Assembly: GCA_030740765.1 (NCBI GenBank)
Contig: JASLWR010000004.1
Span: 24,873-88,872, forward strand
Length of the DNA: 64,000 nucleotides
Direction: 5' to 3'
DNA from: Thermoplasmatota archaeon
Lineage (GTDB): Archaea; Thermoplasmatota; Penumbrarchaeia; JASLWR01
Part shown: in pieces, positions 29,007 to 38,807 of the stretch
Position numbering within the stretch: position 1 is the first letter of the stretch
How the letters are laid out: every line of letters starts with the position of its first letter
Translations under genes and position numbers: made by a program
The notes under the pieces: model-generated
Databases searched by the model: none
What the model was told of the DNA's origin: nothing
Seen by the model: the letters and a program-made list of their open reading frames with translations, nothing else

Positions 29007-29648
29007 TTATTCAGGAGGCGGTGGCAGCGGCGGCTCTGCAGCCTCAGGCAAAGCCTGCGCTTCCTCAACCGGTGCTAATGCAGGCCATCCTTGCGCTTCG
29101 CCGCCGGATTCCCCTATCGGAACAGCCGGAGATTGTGCGTTTTGCGTAGGCAAAACTTGCTGTTGCATTCCATAGTCCGGCGCGGATTCCGGTTGATGAA
29201 GCTCAGTCACGGTAGGCGGCCCGGATGGGTATGTTTCGCCACGGTTTGTTTCATCCGGCCCACCATTAACCTTTTTCCTCCTTAACATTAGAACGAAGAG
29301 AACCGCCGTGATGATCACGATGATACCCATTATGATACCGACCACTGCCAATGCGGAGAGCCCTTCCTTTTCCGTGACGTTATCAGGCTCGGTGGTATCG
29401 TCATCTTCGGTATCATCATCCCCCACGAATATCTGTTTCACTGTGATATTGACGATCCCGGTGCCGGAAAGCTCTGCAGCATCCATGACGGTCAGTGTAA
29501 CAGAATAGTTTCCTGGAATTTCGAAGTTGAAATTTACCATCCGACCTTCCAGCATTACGAGGGAACCATTGTGGTCAAAGGACCAGACATAGCTCACTAC
29601 ACCTACATTGTCGCTACTTCCGCTACCGTCGAGGATCGGCACAATCAA
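29007..29648 (-). pseudogene. 3' fragment of a surface-protein gene: partial PKD domain, TM helix, Pro-rich cytoplasmic tail ending PPLPPPPE. Truncated at its 5' side by the IS element.
   Basis: The ORF begins at a TTG inside a PKD domain (IVPILDGSGSSDNVGVVSYVWSFD) that lacks its first strands. An in-frame stop (cta at 29649-29651) sits immediately upstream, at the presumed IS junction. Confidence 0.55.
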
Positions 29649-29651
29649 CTA

Positions 29652-31208
29652 ATCCAGTGATGACAAGATAGAAATACCATCTTTGTTTATCGGTTTTTAC
29701 CAAACAAAAAACAAAGAGGTATTTCCATGTCAATAATAGAGAGCACCCTTAATAATTTTTTCTACTGGTCGATACTACGAGAAATATTTTACTCGTTCCC
29801 CCATGAGTATGAATTCACCAAGAGGGGAACCATCAGAAGGATCGAAAGACCAATTTGTCCTCGTTGTGGGAAACCCATGGTAAAGAATGGATTCAATTCC
29901 TACACAAAGAAAGGATTGGGCATAGTCAAGGTCGGAAAATGGCGTTGCACAAAGTGCAAGGTCTCTCTTGAAGAAGACAAAACATTCTGGGAAAATCTCA
30001 AGGATGAGTTCTTTGAGGTGTTAGTTCACATAACCAAGATTCTCAAAGATCACAAGGTTTCCTTCCAGGGGATCAGCGACGTATTCGCATTGGTCTATCC
30101 AAGGTCCAGAGAAACGGTCCGTCTTCAATTCACGAAGAATATTGATGAGGTCGAAATACCAGTTGATACCAATTTCTTCGTGATACATTACGATGAGCAA
30201 CACCCAAGGAAAGGTAGATGCCAGAAATTCAGATTGACATTACTTGATTCAAGTTCCAAGGAGCCTATCGCGGATGAACTCTTCGATGATAAAAGTACCG
30301 AGACCATTGAAAAGTTCCTGGCAAAATATATCGACCCCGAAAAACCTGTTTATATCGTTACCGATCTTGACCCGCGTTACCCAGGCATGTTCGAACGCTT
30401 CTTTACTAATGTTTATTATCATCAACCTTGCTTGACACACCTGAACAAGCGGATAGTAAACGATTTCCCAAGGAAATGCACCTTCCAGCTGGAGTATCTG
30501 AAATACCGTCTGCTGAACATATTCTACGATAGGACCAAGGAACTCCAGTATCTGAAACGAATGATCGAGAAGGAGGAAAAGAGGAAGGATAAAACGGGTT
30601 ATAAACAGTGGTTGAAACGAGCATGGAAGTGTTTCCGTGACCACATTCACAAGTGGAAAAAACGGAGACGTAGGAATAAGGAAAAATTGAAAATGCGTTC
30701 GTACAACGGCTCGGTTCAGGTCTTCAATAAATTGGTTGACGAGTATGATGATTTTCCCGATTATGTCCAGAAACGAATAGATATGATCTCGAAAAACTGG
30801 GAGAATCTCAACACGTTTCGAATGATAAAGGATGGTCCGGCCACGAACAATGCAATCGAAAATTATTACTCTACATCACTGAAAACCCATCAGAAAAGGC
30901 AGTACACCTCCGACGAGGGGATTGAGAGACAGATGAAACTCTCCTGGATGAAGCGGGCAGGAATGTTGAAATACGAAGGCAAAACCCTGCTTCAGATTAT
31001 GATAAAGTTCATGCCGTTCAGGGATCCGGGATAAAACTTGGATAATTTCCGACTATTCGTCATCATTGGTAGTGGATACTTTATTTGGATTTGGATTGAG
31101 AGATGTTTTCAAGAAGGGTCGGGGTGAGATGAGAGAATTTTCGCGCGGTTTAAAAGAAAATTGATGGGAAAAAAGGACGAAATTGACATGATGAATCTTA
31201 TGAATTTG
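29652..31208 (+). mobile_element. Putative IS element (~1.56 kb) carrying one transposase gene; ends not resolved.
   Basis: A transposase ORF is flanked on both sides by two in-frame fragments of what looks like one surface-protein gene (29007-29648 and 31209-31700). Terminal inverted repeats could not be confidently identified by eye. Confidence 0.45.
29727..31034 (+). CDS. Transposase with N-terminal zinc ribbon (IS1595/ISH6-like signature)
   Basis: Zn ribbon CPRCGKPMVKNG...CTKCK. C-terminal TNNAIENYYSTSLKTHQKRQY resembles the TNxIEsxnsxLKR motif of IS1595-type transposases. Family assignment is tentative. Confidence 0.65.
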   Translation: MSIIESTLNNFFYWSILREIFYSFPHEYEFTKRGTIRRIERPICPRCGKPMVKNGFNSYTKKGLGIVKVGKWRCTKCKVSLEEDKTFWENLKDEFFEVLVHITKILKDHKVSFQGISDVFALVYPRSRETVRLQFTKNIDEVEIPVDTNFFVIHYDEQHPRKGRCQKFRLTLLDSSSKEPIADELFDDKSTETIEKFLAKYIDPEKPVYIVTDLDPRYPGMFERFFTNVYYHQPCLTHLNKRIVNDFPRKCTFQLEYLKYRLLNIFYDRTKELQYLKRMIEKEEKRKDKTGYKQWLKRAWKCFRDHIHKWKKRRRRNKEKLKMRSYNGSVQVFNKLVDEYDDFPDYVQKRIDMISKNWENLNTFRMIKDGPATNNAIENYYSTSLKTHQKRQYTSDEGIERQMKLSWMKRAGMLKYEGKTLLQIMIKFMPFRDPG

Positions 31209-31700
31209 CTAAATAACGAGAAAAAAGGTTTGTGCCATCCGATTATAGTCGTTTTGGACATCTATCCCAGCATCATTTCCGCTGGAACCGCTATTTGTTA
31301 TATTAAAACCCGTTATATTAACCCATGCGGACGTGATCTGTACCACATCCCCGTTTCCGCTTCCGTTGATGGTGGTATTCGCAGTTCCATTGCCGATTAG
31401 AGTGATAGTACGGTTAATGATCACGTTCTCACTATAATTTCCTGCATAAACATATATGGTATCGCCAGGATTGGAGGCATTTATTGCATCCTGAATTGTT
31501 ACATGGTCCTGCCCTCCACTGGCATCAACGATAATGTTCCCGCGTTTTCCGCTGATAATACCTTTCTGATCGTTACCCTTGATTATTCTCGATTCTTGGT
31601 AGTTTGTTTCGTTTCTTAACCACTCTGTATTATTGGCGAGACTGATGAATATTCCATTAACTAAGAACAACACAAATAAGATGCATATAATTTTTTTCAT
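31209..31700 (-). pseudogene. 5' fragment of a secreted right-handed beta-helix (pectin-lyase-fold/NosD-like) protein, truncated after 163 aa at the IS junction.
   Basis: Signal peptide MKKIICILFVLFLVNGIFISLA. Beta-helix repeats NRTITLIGNGTANTTINGSGNGDVVQITSAWVNITGFNITNSGSSGNDAGIDV. Stop (cta) at 31209-31211. Confidence 0.55.
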
Positions 31701-31898
31701 AACCTTCCTCCATATTACTTAACAGTGTTAAGTTTGTGAACATATGTTTTTCTATAAATTTTTTCTTTATCCAATAATTATAATATCGACTCTCGATTTC
31801 AGAGAAGGAAAAAGATTTTACCCTCGTATTGATAAACCTTGCCAGTTGATCAAAGAAAAGTAACGCCAACATTCTCATACAATAAAAAATCGTTTTTC

Positions 31899-33275
31899 CT
31901 AAATTCCCATTGGAGCAGGAGGAATCAACCCTTTTTCCATCAGAGCCTTAGTTTTATTTCGCGATTCTTCGATTATTTCTCGTGCTCTTTCGCGTATCTC
32001 AGATGTCGACAGTTTCCGCCTTGCTATACCCTGCTCGATTGCTTTCCGTCCCACATATTCAGCCTCTTTGATGAAAACTTCCCAGTCATCCATTGTGGGA
32101 ACGATGTAATCCTCGTGTATTCCCTTTTCCACAGCGGTCTCCGCAATAGCATCTGCAGCGGCTATTGCCATTTCATCGGTGATGGTGGTTGCACGCACGT
32201 CCAGCGTACCCCGGAAGATCCCAGGGAAACCTATGGAATTGTTTATCTGATTGGGAAAGTCGCTCCTGCCTGTGCCTACGATCCTCGCCCCCGCTTCCTT
32301 TGCTTCCCAGGGCCAGATCTCCGGAACGGGGTTTGCTACCGGGAACACGATAGCATCATCGTTCATATCCCGAACCCACTCTTTTTTGATTATTCCCGGG
32401 CCTGGTCTGGATGCCGCTACGAGAACATCGGCTCCTTTCATGGCCTCCTTGACCCCGCCTGTTAAACCGTCCGGATTGGTGGTGGACGCGAAATCGTATT
32501 TCCAGGGGTTTATTTCCTTCATCGATTCTAAGTCCTCTCTTCCCCCATGAAGTATTCCCTTGCTGTCTACCAAGGTAATATTTTTTCTGGGAACGCCGTA
32601 TTTCGTAAGTACTCTGAGATAAGCAATATTTGCGGCTCCCACACCATTTATTGCAAAGGTTGCTTCCCCCATTTTTTTCCCCACGACCTTGAGGGCGTTG
32701 ATGGTACCGGCAAGTGTGATACTAGCTGTTCCCTGCTGGTCATCATGCCAGACTGGAATATCCATTTCTTTTCGTAATCTCTCCAGTATGTAGAAGCAAT
32801 CCGGTACCTTGATATCCTCGAGGTTGATACCACCAAACGTGGGCTCCACCAGCTTAACCGTTTCAATGAACTTTTCAGGATCTTCCGTATCTATCATAAG
32901 AGGTTGTGCGTCCACTCCCCCGAGATATTTGAAAAGAAGTCCTTTTCCTTCCATAACGGGTAGACCTGCATAGGGACCGATATTTCCTAGGCCAAGTACC
33001 CGTGTACCATTGCTGGCCACAGCCACTGTATTCCACCGGTTCGTCAATTCATTGACCTCGGAGATATCTTCCTTGATGGCAAGGCAGGGCTGGGCTACGC
33101 CAGGCGTATAATAAACCGCAAAATCATTGAACGAACTTATGGAACACTTGGAAATTATCTCGATCTTACCTTGAAAATGTCTGTGCCAAGGTATGCCCTT
33201 GCGGACCGGTTCTTTTGCTTTTTCCAGTAATTTCGCAACATCCTGATTTGAATTTTTCTCGGGTTGTTCGTTCAT
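31899..33275 (-). CDS. NAD(P)-dependent malic enzyme (malate dehydrogenase, decarboxylating)
   Basis: YTPGVAQPCLAI and GTASITLAGTINALKVVGKKMGEATFAINGVGAANIA, typical of short-form malic enzymes. Confidence 0.9.
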   Translation of the reverse strand: MNEQPEKNSNQDVAKLLEKAKEPVRKGIPWHRHFQGKIEIISKCSISSFNDFAVYYTPGVAQPCLAIKEDISEVNELTNRWNTVAVASNGTRVLGLGNIGPYAGLPVMEGKGLLFKYLGGVDAQPLMIDTEDPEKFIETVKLVEPTFGGINLEDIKVPDCFYILERLRKEMDIPVWHDDQQGTASITLAGTINALKVVGKKMGEATFAINGVGAANIAYLRVLTKYGVPRKNITLVDSKGILHGGREDLESMKEINPWKYDFASTTNPDGLTGGVKEAMKGADVLVAASRPGPGIIKKEWVRDMNDDAIVFPVANPVPEIWPWEAKEAGARIVGTGRSDFPNQINNSIGFPGIFRGTLDVRATTITDEMAIAAADAIAETAVEKGIHEDYIVPTMDDWEVFIKEAEYVGRKAIEQGIARRKLSTSEIRERAREIIEESRNKTKALMEKGLIPPAPMGI

Positions 33276-33474
33276 GTCCTTACCATCCGTGTTTTCTTTT
33301 AAAGACTATCTCATTCGGATATATAAAAGGCACTTTCCAATTTTTCGCCCTTGGAATTCTTACCTCGAAAATTGACAATATTGCAGATTTTTTTCGACCA
33401 TCCCACCAAGGATATTTTAATGAAAACCCTCGATTTACATAGACCCCGGGCGATTTTTATTCCGGGAGAACACT

Positions 33475-34338
33475 TCACGCAAGCTCTTCAGCCAATAACG
33501 CAGGAATTTCACCAGGTGTCGCTGCAACCCTGACATTCGCTTTTGACAGGGCTTCGATCTTTGCGCGGGCAGAACCCGTGCCTCTGGATATTATGGCGCC
33601 GGCATGTCCCATGGTCTTGCCCTTTGGGGCGGCCCGACCGGCAATATAGGCGATAACTGGTTTCGTTATATGTCCTTTTATGAACTCGGCCGCCTCTTCC
33701 TCGGCACTGCCCCCTATCTCGCCGATCAACACTATCCCTCTGGTATCCGGGTCTCTCTCGAAACGCACCAGCAGGTCGATGAAATTCAGTCCTACAATGG
33801 GGTCCCCCCCTAAGCCTATAGCAGTTGATTGACCCATGCCCGCTTTGCTTAGATCATCCACTATTTCATAGGTAAGGGTCCCGCTCCGTGAGATAAGACC
33901 GATGGTTCCCGGACAGAATACATGCGATGGCATTACACCCATCTTGCATTTTCCCGGACTTATGATTCCAGGAGTGTTCGGACCTATCACAACGATATTT
34001 TTTTTACTCGCTCGATGAACTATCTCCAGAGAATCATGTATGGGGATGTGTTCAGTAATAACAACAACCGGGTCCAAACCAAATTCGATGGCCTCGAGGG
34101 CAGCGTCTCTTGCAAAGGGCGCAGGGACGAAGATGATGGACGCCGTGGGTTTTTCCGGAATCTCATCGAATGAATCGTATACATTAATTTCTCCCACCTT
34201 TTCTCCGCCCTTTCCCGGCGTCACCCCTGCCACGACATTTGTTCCGTATTCGATCAATCTTTCGGTGTGAAACCTCCCTTGGCCTCCTGTGATCCCCTGA
34301 ACAACCACTTTCGTAGAATCGTCGATTATTATTGACAT
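33475..34338 (-). CDS. sucD: Succinyl-CoA synthetase alpha subunit
   Basis: VVVQGITGGQGRFHTERLIEYGTNVVAGVTPGKGG; active-site His region GHAGAIISRGTGSA. Confidence 0.9.
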   Translation of the reverse strand: MSIIIDDSTKVVVQGITGGQGRFHTERLIEYGTNVVAGVTPGKGGEKVGEINVYDSFDEIPEKPTASIIFVPAPFARDAALEAIEFGLDPVVVITEHIPIHDSLEIVHRASKKNIVVIGPNTPGIISPGKCKMGVMPSHVFCPGTIGLISRSGTLTYEIVDDLSKAGMGQSTAIGLGGDPIVGLNFIDLLVRFERDPDTRGIVLIGEIGGSAEEEAAEFIKGHITKPVIAYIAGRAAPKGKTMGHAGAIISRGTGSARAKIEALSKANVRVAATPGEIPALLAEELA

Positions 34339-35484
34339 CTATAAACCCTCCCTGTATGCTTTGGCCTGTTCCACCGCGTTTTTCGCTGAGTCTTCCATGT
34401 TTTCGTAAACATGATAACCATTATCGGTCAAAATCTTCTTGCCTTCTTCCTCATTGGTACCCATCATGCGTACCGAAATTGGTATCCCTGGTGCAGTATC
34501 CACGATGCCGCGTGCTATCTCATCGCACTTCGTGATGCCGCCAAAGATATTGATGAAAATGGATCTCACGTCTGGTTTTTTCAATACTATACTTAAGGCC
34601 TTGGCCATATTCCTTGCATTGGCGCCTCCGCCCACATCCAGGAAATTGGCAGGCTCGCCGTTAAACTGTTTAAGGATATCCAAAGAGGCCATGACGAGAC
34701 CCGCGCCGCAGCCGATTATCCCGATATCGCCAGGTAGATCCACGTATGCCAATCCCGCTTCCCGGGCTTCTTTTTCGAGATCGGTGAACTCTTCGCTGGT
34801 TTTTCCTTCTGAGCTGAATTCAGGGTGACGGAAAAGTGCATTATTATCGATATTCAGGACTGCGTCCACTGCAATAACATTACCGTCGTCCGTGAGGATC
34901 AGGGGATTTATTTCGGCCAATTCCCCATCGTAGGCCCTGAATACGTCATAAAGTTTCACAGTAATTGCGGCAACCTTCAACATTTTCTTTCCGGCGAGTC
35001 CGATCTGCTTACTGAGTTTACGGGCGTGATATTGTTGAAAACCGACTTCCGGATCGATGTCGAACCTGGCGATGGCCCCGGGATTTTCTCGCGCTACTTC
35101 TTCGATATCCACACCTCCCCTGGAGGACAGAATACAGGTGAAACTTCTTGACTTGCGGTTTACAGTAAATCCCACGTACAGCTCTCTCGCATGGATCAGG
35201 TCTGCCTTTTCTTCGATCAAAAGTTGTCGGACAGCGTGTCCTTTTAGTTCCATTCCAAGCAATTCGGGGATTATCCTCCTGGCCTCATTCATGGATTCGG
35301 CAAATCTTATCCCGCCTGCCTTGCCCCGGCCGCCAACCAGGACCTGGGCTTTCAGGGCTACCGGAAATTCAAGCTCTTTATGTATGGCTTCGCCTTCGTT
35401 TTCATTATCGATAACGATACTCTTGGGTACCGGTATCCCGAATTGTGAAAATATTTCCTTTGCCCTGTATTCATGTAATTTCAT
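34339..35484 (-). CDS. sucC: Succinyl-CoA synthetase beta subunit
   Basis: MKLHEYRAKEIFSQFGIPVPKS; ATP-grasp plus CoA-ligase domains; abuts sucD with no spacer. Confidence 0.9.
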   Translation of the reverse strand: MKLHEYRAKEIFSQFGIPVPKSIVIDNENEGEAIHKELEFPVALKAQVLVGGRGKAGGIRFAESMNEARRIIPELLGMELKGHAVRQLLIEEKADLIHARELYVGFTVNRKSRSFTCILSSRGGVDIEEVARENPGAIARFDIDPEVGFQQYHARKLSKQIGLAGKKMLKVAAITVKLYDVFRAYDGELAEINPLILTDDGNVIAVDAVLNIDNNALFRHPEFSSEGKTSEEFTDLEKEAREAGLAYVDLPGDIGIIGCGAGLVMASLDILKQFNGEPANFLDVGGGANARNMAKALSIVLKKPDVRSIFINIFGGITKCDEIARGIVDTAPGIPISVRMMGTNEEEGKKILTDNGYHVYENMEDSAKNAVEQAKAYREGL

Positions 35485-36308
35485 ATATAGGTGCTCCTGT
35501 AGAGTATACGAACTAGGTCATGTTTTTTCGTGAGCCCTTTGGTGTCTTTATATAATTCGTTCACCAATCCAAGATATTTTGAATCCCTAAGTTTCTTGAA
35601 GAGTTCTTTGGCCTCTTCCCCAGTTAGTGTTGGAGTGGGTTCTGGCAATGATATTTCAATCAGTGGTAGAAGAAATGGGATAATCGTTATTTATTTTTTT
35701 CTTGGATTTAAATAAAACCGGCCGATTTTCATTGATGGCAACATTGATAGGATGTTGTCAAAATGGTGTTAGCGGTATGGCAGGGGGAAAGAAACTTACC
35801 CTCAAAATTTACATAATCTAATGTCAAAATAATGCAATAGTTTTCATACTTGGAATCAAAACCGCCAATCGATCGGCCAAACAAGGATACTCACTTTCGA
35901 CTGTACGGACCTTTCCTCCTCTGGCCGATCTTTTACGACAATCGTCCAATAGCTTGACGGTATGCCATACTGACCACAATAATTCCTCATATTGTTCCCG
36001 GTATAATGCCTCATAAGCGACCTGCTTGTAATGAAGAAGGAGACTGTTCCTCTCGCCTACCCATCCTTCCTTTTTTATCGACGCACCCCTGGGCGCATTA
36101 GACGAACTGCACAGGGAGAAATTGCTCACCAACCTCGAGTGGTTAGGCTCCCAGGTCATGCTTGCCGTGACCGACGCGGAACTGCCCGATGACCTTGTCA
36201 AGAAATTCTTCAGCGTGAACCTTGCCGCCCATTACCAACTGGATTACGACCAGCGGACCGGACTATCGTCTGCGAAACGCCTTGATAAACCGCTTGGAGG
36301 GTAGAAAT

Positions 36309-36758
36309 ATGAGTAAGGGATCGGATAAGGATGCGTTGGAATCTCTCGGTGGAATGGACTTTTTCCTTAATCCTATGCTTAAAGAGAGATACAAGGAAGC
36401 AAAAGAACGCTTGATGGGAACCGATATGATCACAACTTATAAACTGGGGTGGGCTGTAGGGTTTATAAACCAAGACAATGAAGATGTGTCTGAAATTCCC
36501 TTAACTCATCGGTGGAGAGCATTGGATCGTCCATGCCTCAGAGATAAACACGGTTTGGGAGCACTCCTTTCCCTGGTCCCAGAAATCGAAAAAATTGCCT
36601 GTGGAGGTAAACCCGATGAAGCGCGAGACAGAATGGATGGAATAGCCCAGGCGGGCCTGAGGCGAATCCTTGACTGGCTGGAAGACCCGCGCCATGAGGA
36701 GCGGGATATTTTCGATTTTCTTTATCAGGAGATACAGCGGCAAGAGGAGGGGGTATAA
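36309..36758 (+). CDS. Hypothetical ~150-aa protein, first gene of an uncharacterised three-gene cassette. The track ORF starts earlier at an alternative TTG.
   Basis: ATG at 36309 is preceded by ggaggg. No recognisable domain. Its stop overlaps the next start by 1 nt (taATG). Confidence 0.55.
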   Translation: MSKGSDKDALESLGGMDFFLNPMLKERYKEAKERLMGTDMITTYKLGWAVGFINQDNEDVSEIPLTHRWRALDRPCLRDKHGLGALLSLVPEIEKIACGGKPDEARDRMDGIAQAGLRRILDWLEDPRHEERDIFDFLYQEIQRQEEGV

Positions 36759-37213
36759 TGGTAAATTTTGGGGAAGCAAGAAGCTTCACAATAAGTCCAG
36801 AAGGCCATTTAACCATGAAACGGATCACAGAATTAAGCAATTTTAACGACGGAAAGAAAGTTTTTCAGAGATTAGACATATACTTTGCTGCTGCTGCTTG
36901 GGGCATCGCGAATCGAAGTGATGGAAAAGTGACAAAAATACGGGGCAAAGGATACGACATAAGCCAAATAGACCCCAACGGCCTTTTCCAGCTCGTCCTT
37001 GAGAATTTACACCCAGAGATCCAGGACGACGTAGCGGAACTGAAGAAAGCATTTGAGGAATATGCCGAGGCCGGCCTCAAGCACTTTTCCGAAGTGGTCC
37101 ATAGTGAAGTGGATCTGCTCGACTTAATGATGCCTGAAACGTCGAAAAAAAGCCGGGAGGAACAACTCACGGCAAATCTCAGACGGTCCATTGACGAGCT
37201 TCTTGAGGAGTAA
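36758..37213 (+). CDS. Hypothetical 151-aa protein, second gene of the cassette
   Basis: Translationally coupled to the upstream gene; no recognisable domain. Confidence 0.55.
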   Translation: MVNFGEARSFTISPEGHLTMKRITELSNFNDGKKVFQRLDIYFAAAAWGIANRSDGKVTKIRGKGYDISQIDPNGLFQLVLENLHPEIQDDVAELKKAFEEYAEAGLKHFSEVVHSEVDLLDLMMPETSKKSREEQLTANLRRSIDELLEE

Positions 37214-37215
37214 CT

Positions 37216-38628
37216 ATGAAAACACGAGAGTTGGAACCCTGGGAAAAAAAGTTGATCGAGCACTACCCGGGCGTCATATTCGACAAGAGCCTTGTGGACA
37301 TGGACCTCGACAGCCAGGTCCCGCGCTATGTGAGCGAGTATTTGCTCCAGAGATTCCATAAAAGAACCAGGGCCAAGAAGGCTCATAGGAATTTCCGCCG
37401 CTTTATAGAACGGTTTCTCCCGGAACCGCGGGAGCGCCATGCTGTAATTCACCGCCTAACACAAGAGGGCTCGTTGAGAGCAATAGACCACTATAAGGTC
37501 GAGGTAAATGTGAAAACAGGCGTACATTTGGTTCATATCCCCCGGCTTGGTATACATGACGCCCGTATCGACCCTGATCTCGCAGGCGACTATGAACGGC
37601 TTTTAATAGATGGCATCTGGGGCATGGGCCACCTCGTCTGGGATGGTGAAAATGTCTTCGTAGAGAAATTCGTTCCCATCCAGGTCCAGGGCATCGACCT
37701 TCCGGCCTTCATCGAAGGACGGCGTTACTTCACCACCGAAGAGTGGATAAAGGTGCTGGTGAGCTCGCTCGGTCTCAATCCCGATGCATATACGCCCCGC
37801 CAACGTCTTATATTATTAGCACGTATGATCCCTCTCGTCGAGGACCGCGCGAATATCATGGAGCTGGCGCCTACGCAGACTGGGAAGACACATCTCTACA
37901 TCCATATTTCCTATCACGCCACACTTATCTCGGCGGGTACAGTGACCCCCGCTTACCTTTTCGGGAGCAACGTCGGGTACGGCTGCGAGGGCCTTCTCGC
38001 CCGTACTGACTGTATTGTTTTCGATGAGATCACGAACACGCGGCCCGCCAACCCTCAGGAGTTGATAGGAAAACTGAAGAATTACTTGGAGAGCGGGCAC
38101 TATGACAGGGGCAAGGTTCGAGGTCAATCAACAGCTAGCTTCGTATTCCAGGGGAACTATGACTCCGTTGACCCGAACACGATGCGGCCGTCTTCGCCGT
38201 ATCATCTCTCCTGCCTGCCGGCGGAATTCGAGGATTCGGCTCTGCTTGACCGCTTTCATGGGTATCTTTCGGGTTGGGATATGCCCAAGATCCACCCTGG
38301 AGCAATCAGCCGTTCCTATGGATTTATCTCGGATTACCTCTGCGAGGTACTGCATCAGTTCAAAAGAAGGAGTTACATGGATATCGTTACGAAGCGCCTC
38401 GATATCACGGCAGACGGGGCTAAAATAACGCTGCGGGACGTCAGATCTATCCGGAAACTTACTGCGGGATTCGTGAAACTTCTTTTTCCGAATGGCGAGT
38501 TCACGGACGGGGAACTCATAATGGTTGCGGAACTTGCCGCAGAGTTCAGACTGAACATGCTCGGACAGTTGAATCTGCGCGATCGAGGCAATTTTCCCAG
38601 TAAGGAACTGGTGGTTAGTGTGACATGA
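37216..38628 (+). CDS. AAA+-type P-loop NTPase (470 aa), third gene of the cassette
   Basis: Walker A ELAPTQTGKTH at about residue 210. Walker B CIVFDEITN about 55 aa later. Sensor-1-like FVFQGNYD. Arg-finger candidate LLDRFHG. The ~200-aa N-terminal domain is of unknown function. Confidence 0.7.
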   Translation: MKTRELEPWEKKLIEHYPGVIFDKSLVDMDLDSQVPRYVSEYLLQRFHKRTRAKKAHRNFRRFIERFLPEPRERHAVIHRLTQEGSLRAIDHYKVEVNVKTGVHLVHIPRLGIHDARIDPDLAGDYERLLIDGIWGMGHLVWDGENVFVEKFVPIQVQGIDLPAFIEGRRYFTTEEWIKVLVSSLGLNPDAYTPRQRLILLARMIPLVEDRANIMELAPTQTGKTHLYIHISYHATLISAGTVTPAYLFGSNVGYGCEGLLARTDCIVFDEITNTRPANPQELIGKLKNYLESGHYDRGKVRGQSTASFVFQGNYDSVDPNTMRPSSPYHLSCLPAEFEDSALLDRFHGYLSGWDMPKIHPGAISRSYGFISDYLCEVLHQFKRRSYMDIVTKRLDITADGAKITLRDVRSIRKLTAGFVKLLFPNGEFTDGELIMVAELAAEFRLNMLGQLNLRDRGNFPSKELVVSVT

Positions 38629-38807
38629 GGGAGCGCTGAAGATGGGTCGGTTCAAAGGGAAGTTCCAGCCATCCCGTGAATTAATCAGAGTTACTTGAAG
38701 GATTGTTTGATGCCCTAGAAGAAGTTTATATAGACCGGAAATATTGGAAACAGGTAACCGGATGAAAACTTTTATTGGTTTAAAGTGGTATCACGCGGGC
38801 CGATCAT

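Noticed and set aside
29649-31250. Attempt to identify terminal inverted repeats of the IS (a ccatc-containing stretch near 29675 versus ccatccgattatagtcg near 31235).
   Set aside because: Only short, weak matches were found by eye, so the IS boundaries are left approximate rather than called.
35824-36201. Minus-strand 125-aa ORF in the 820-nt spacer before the three-gene cassette.
   Set aside because: No motif, an odd composition, and it sits where a promoter or leader for the cassette is expected. Left unannotated.
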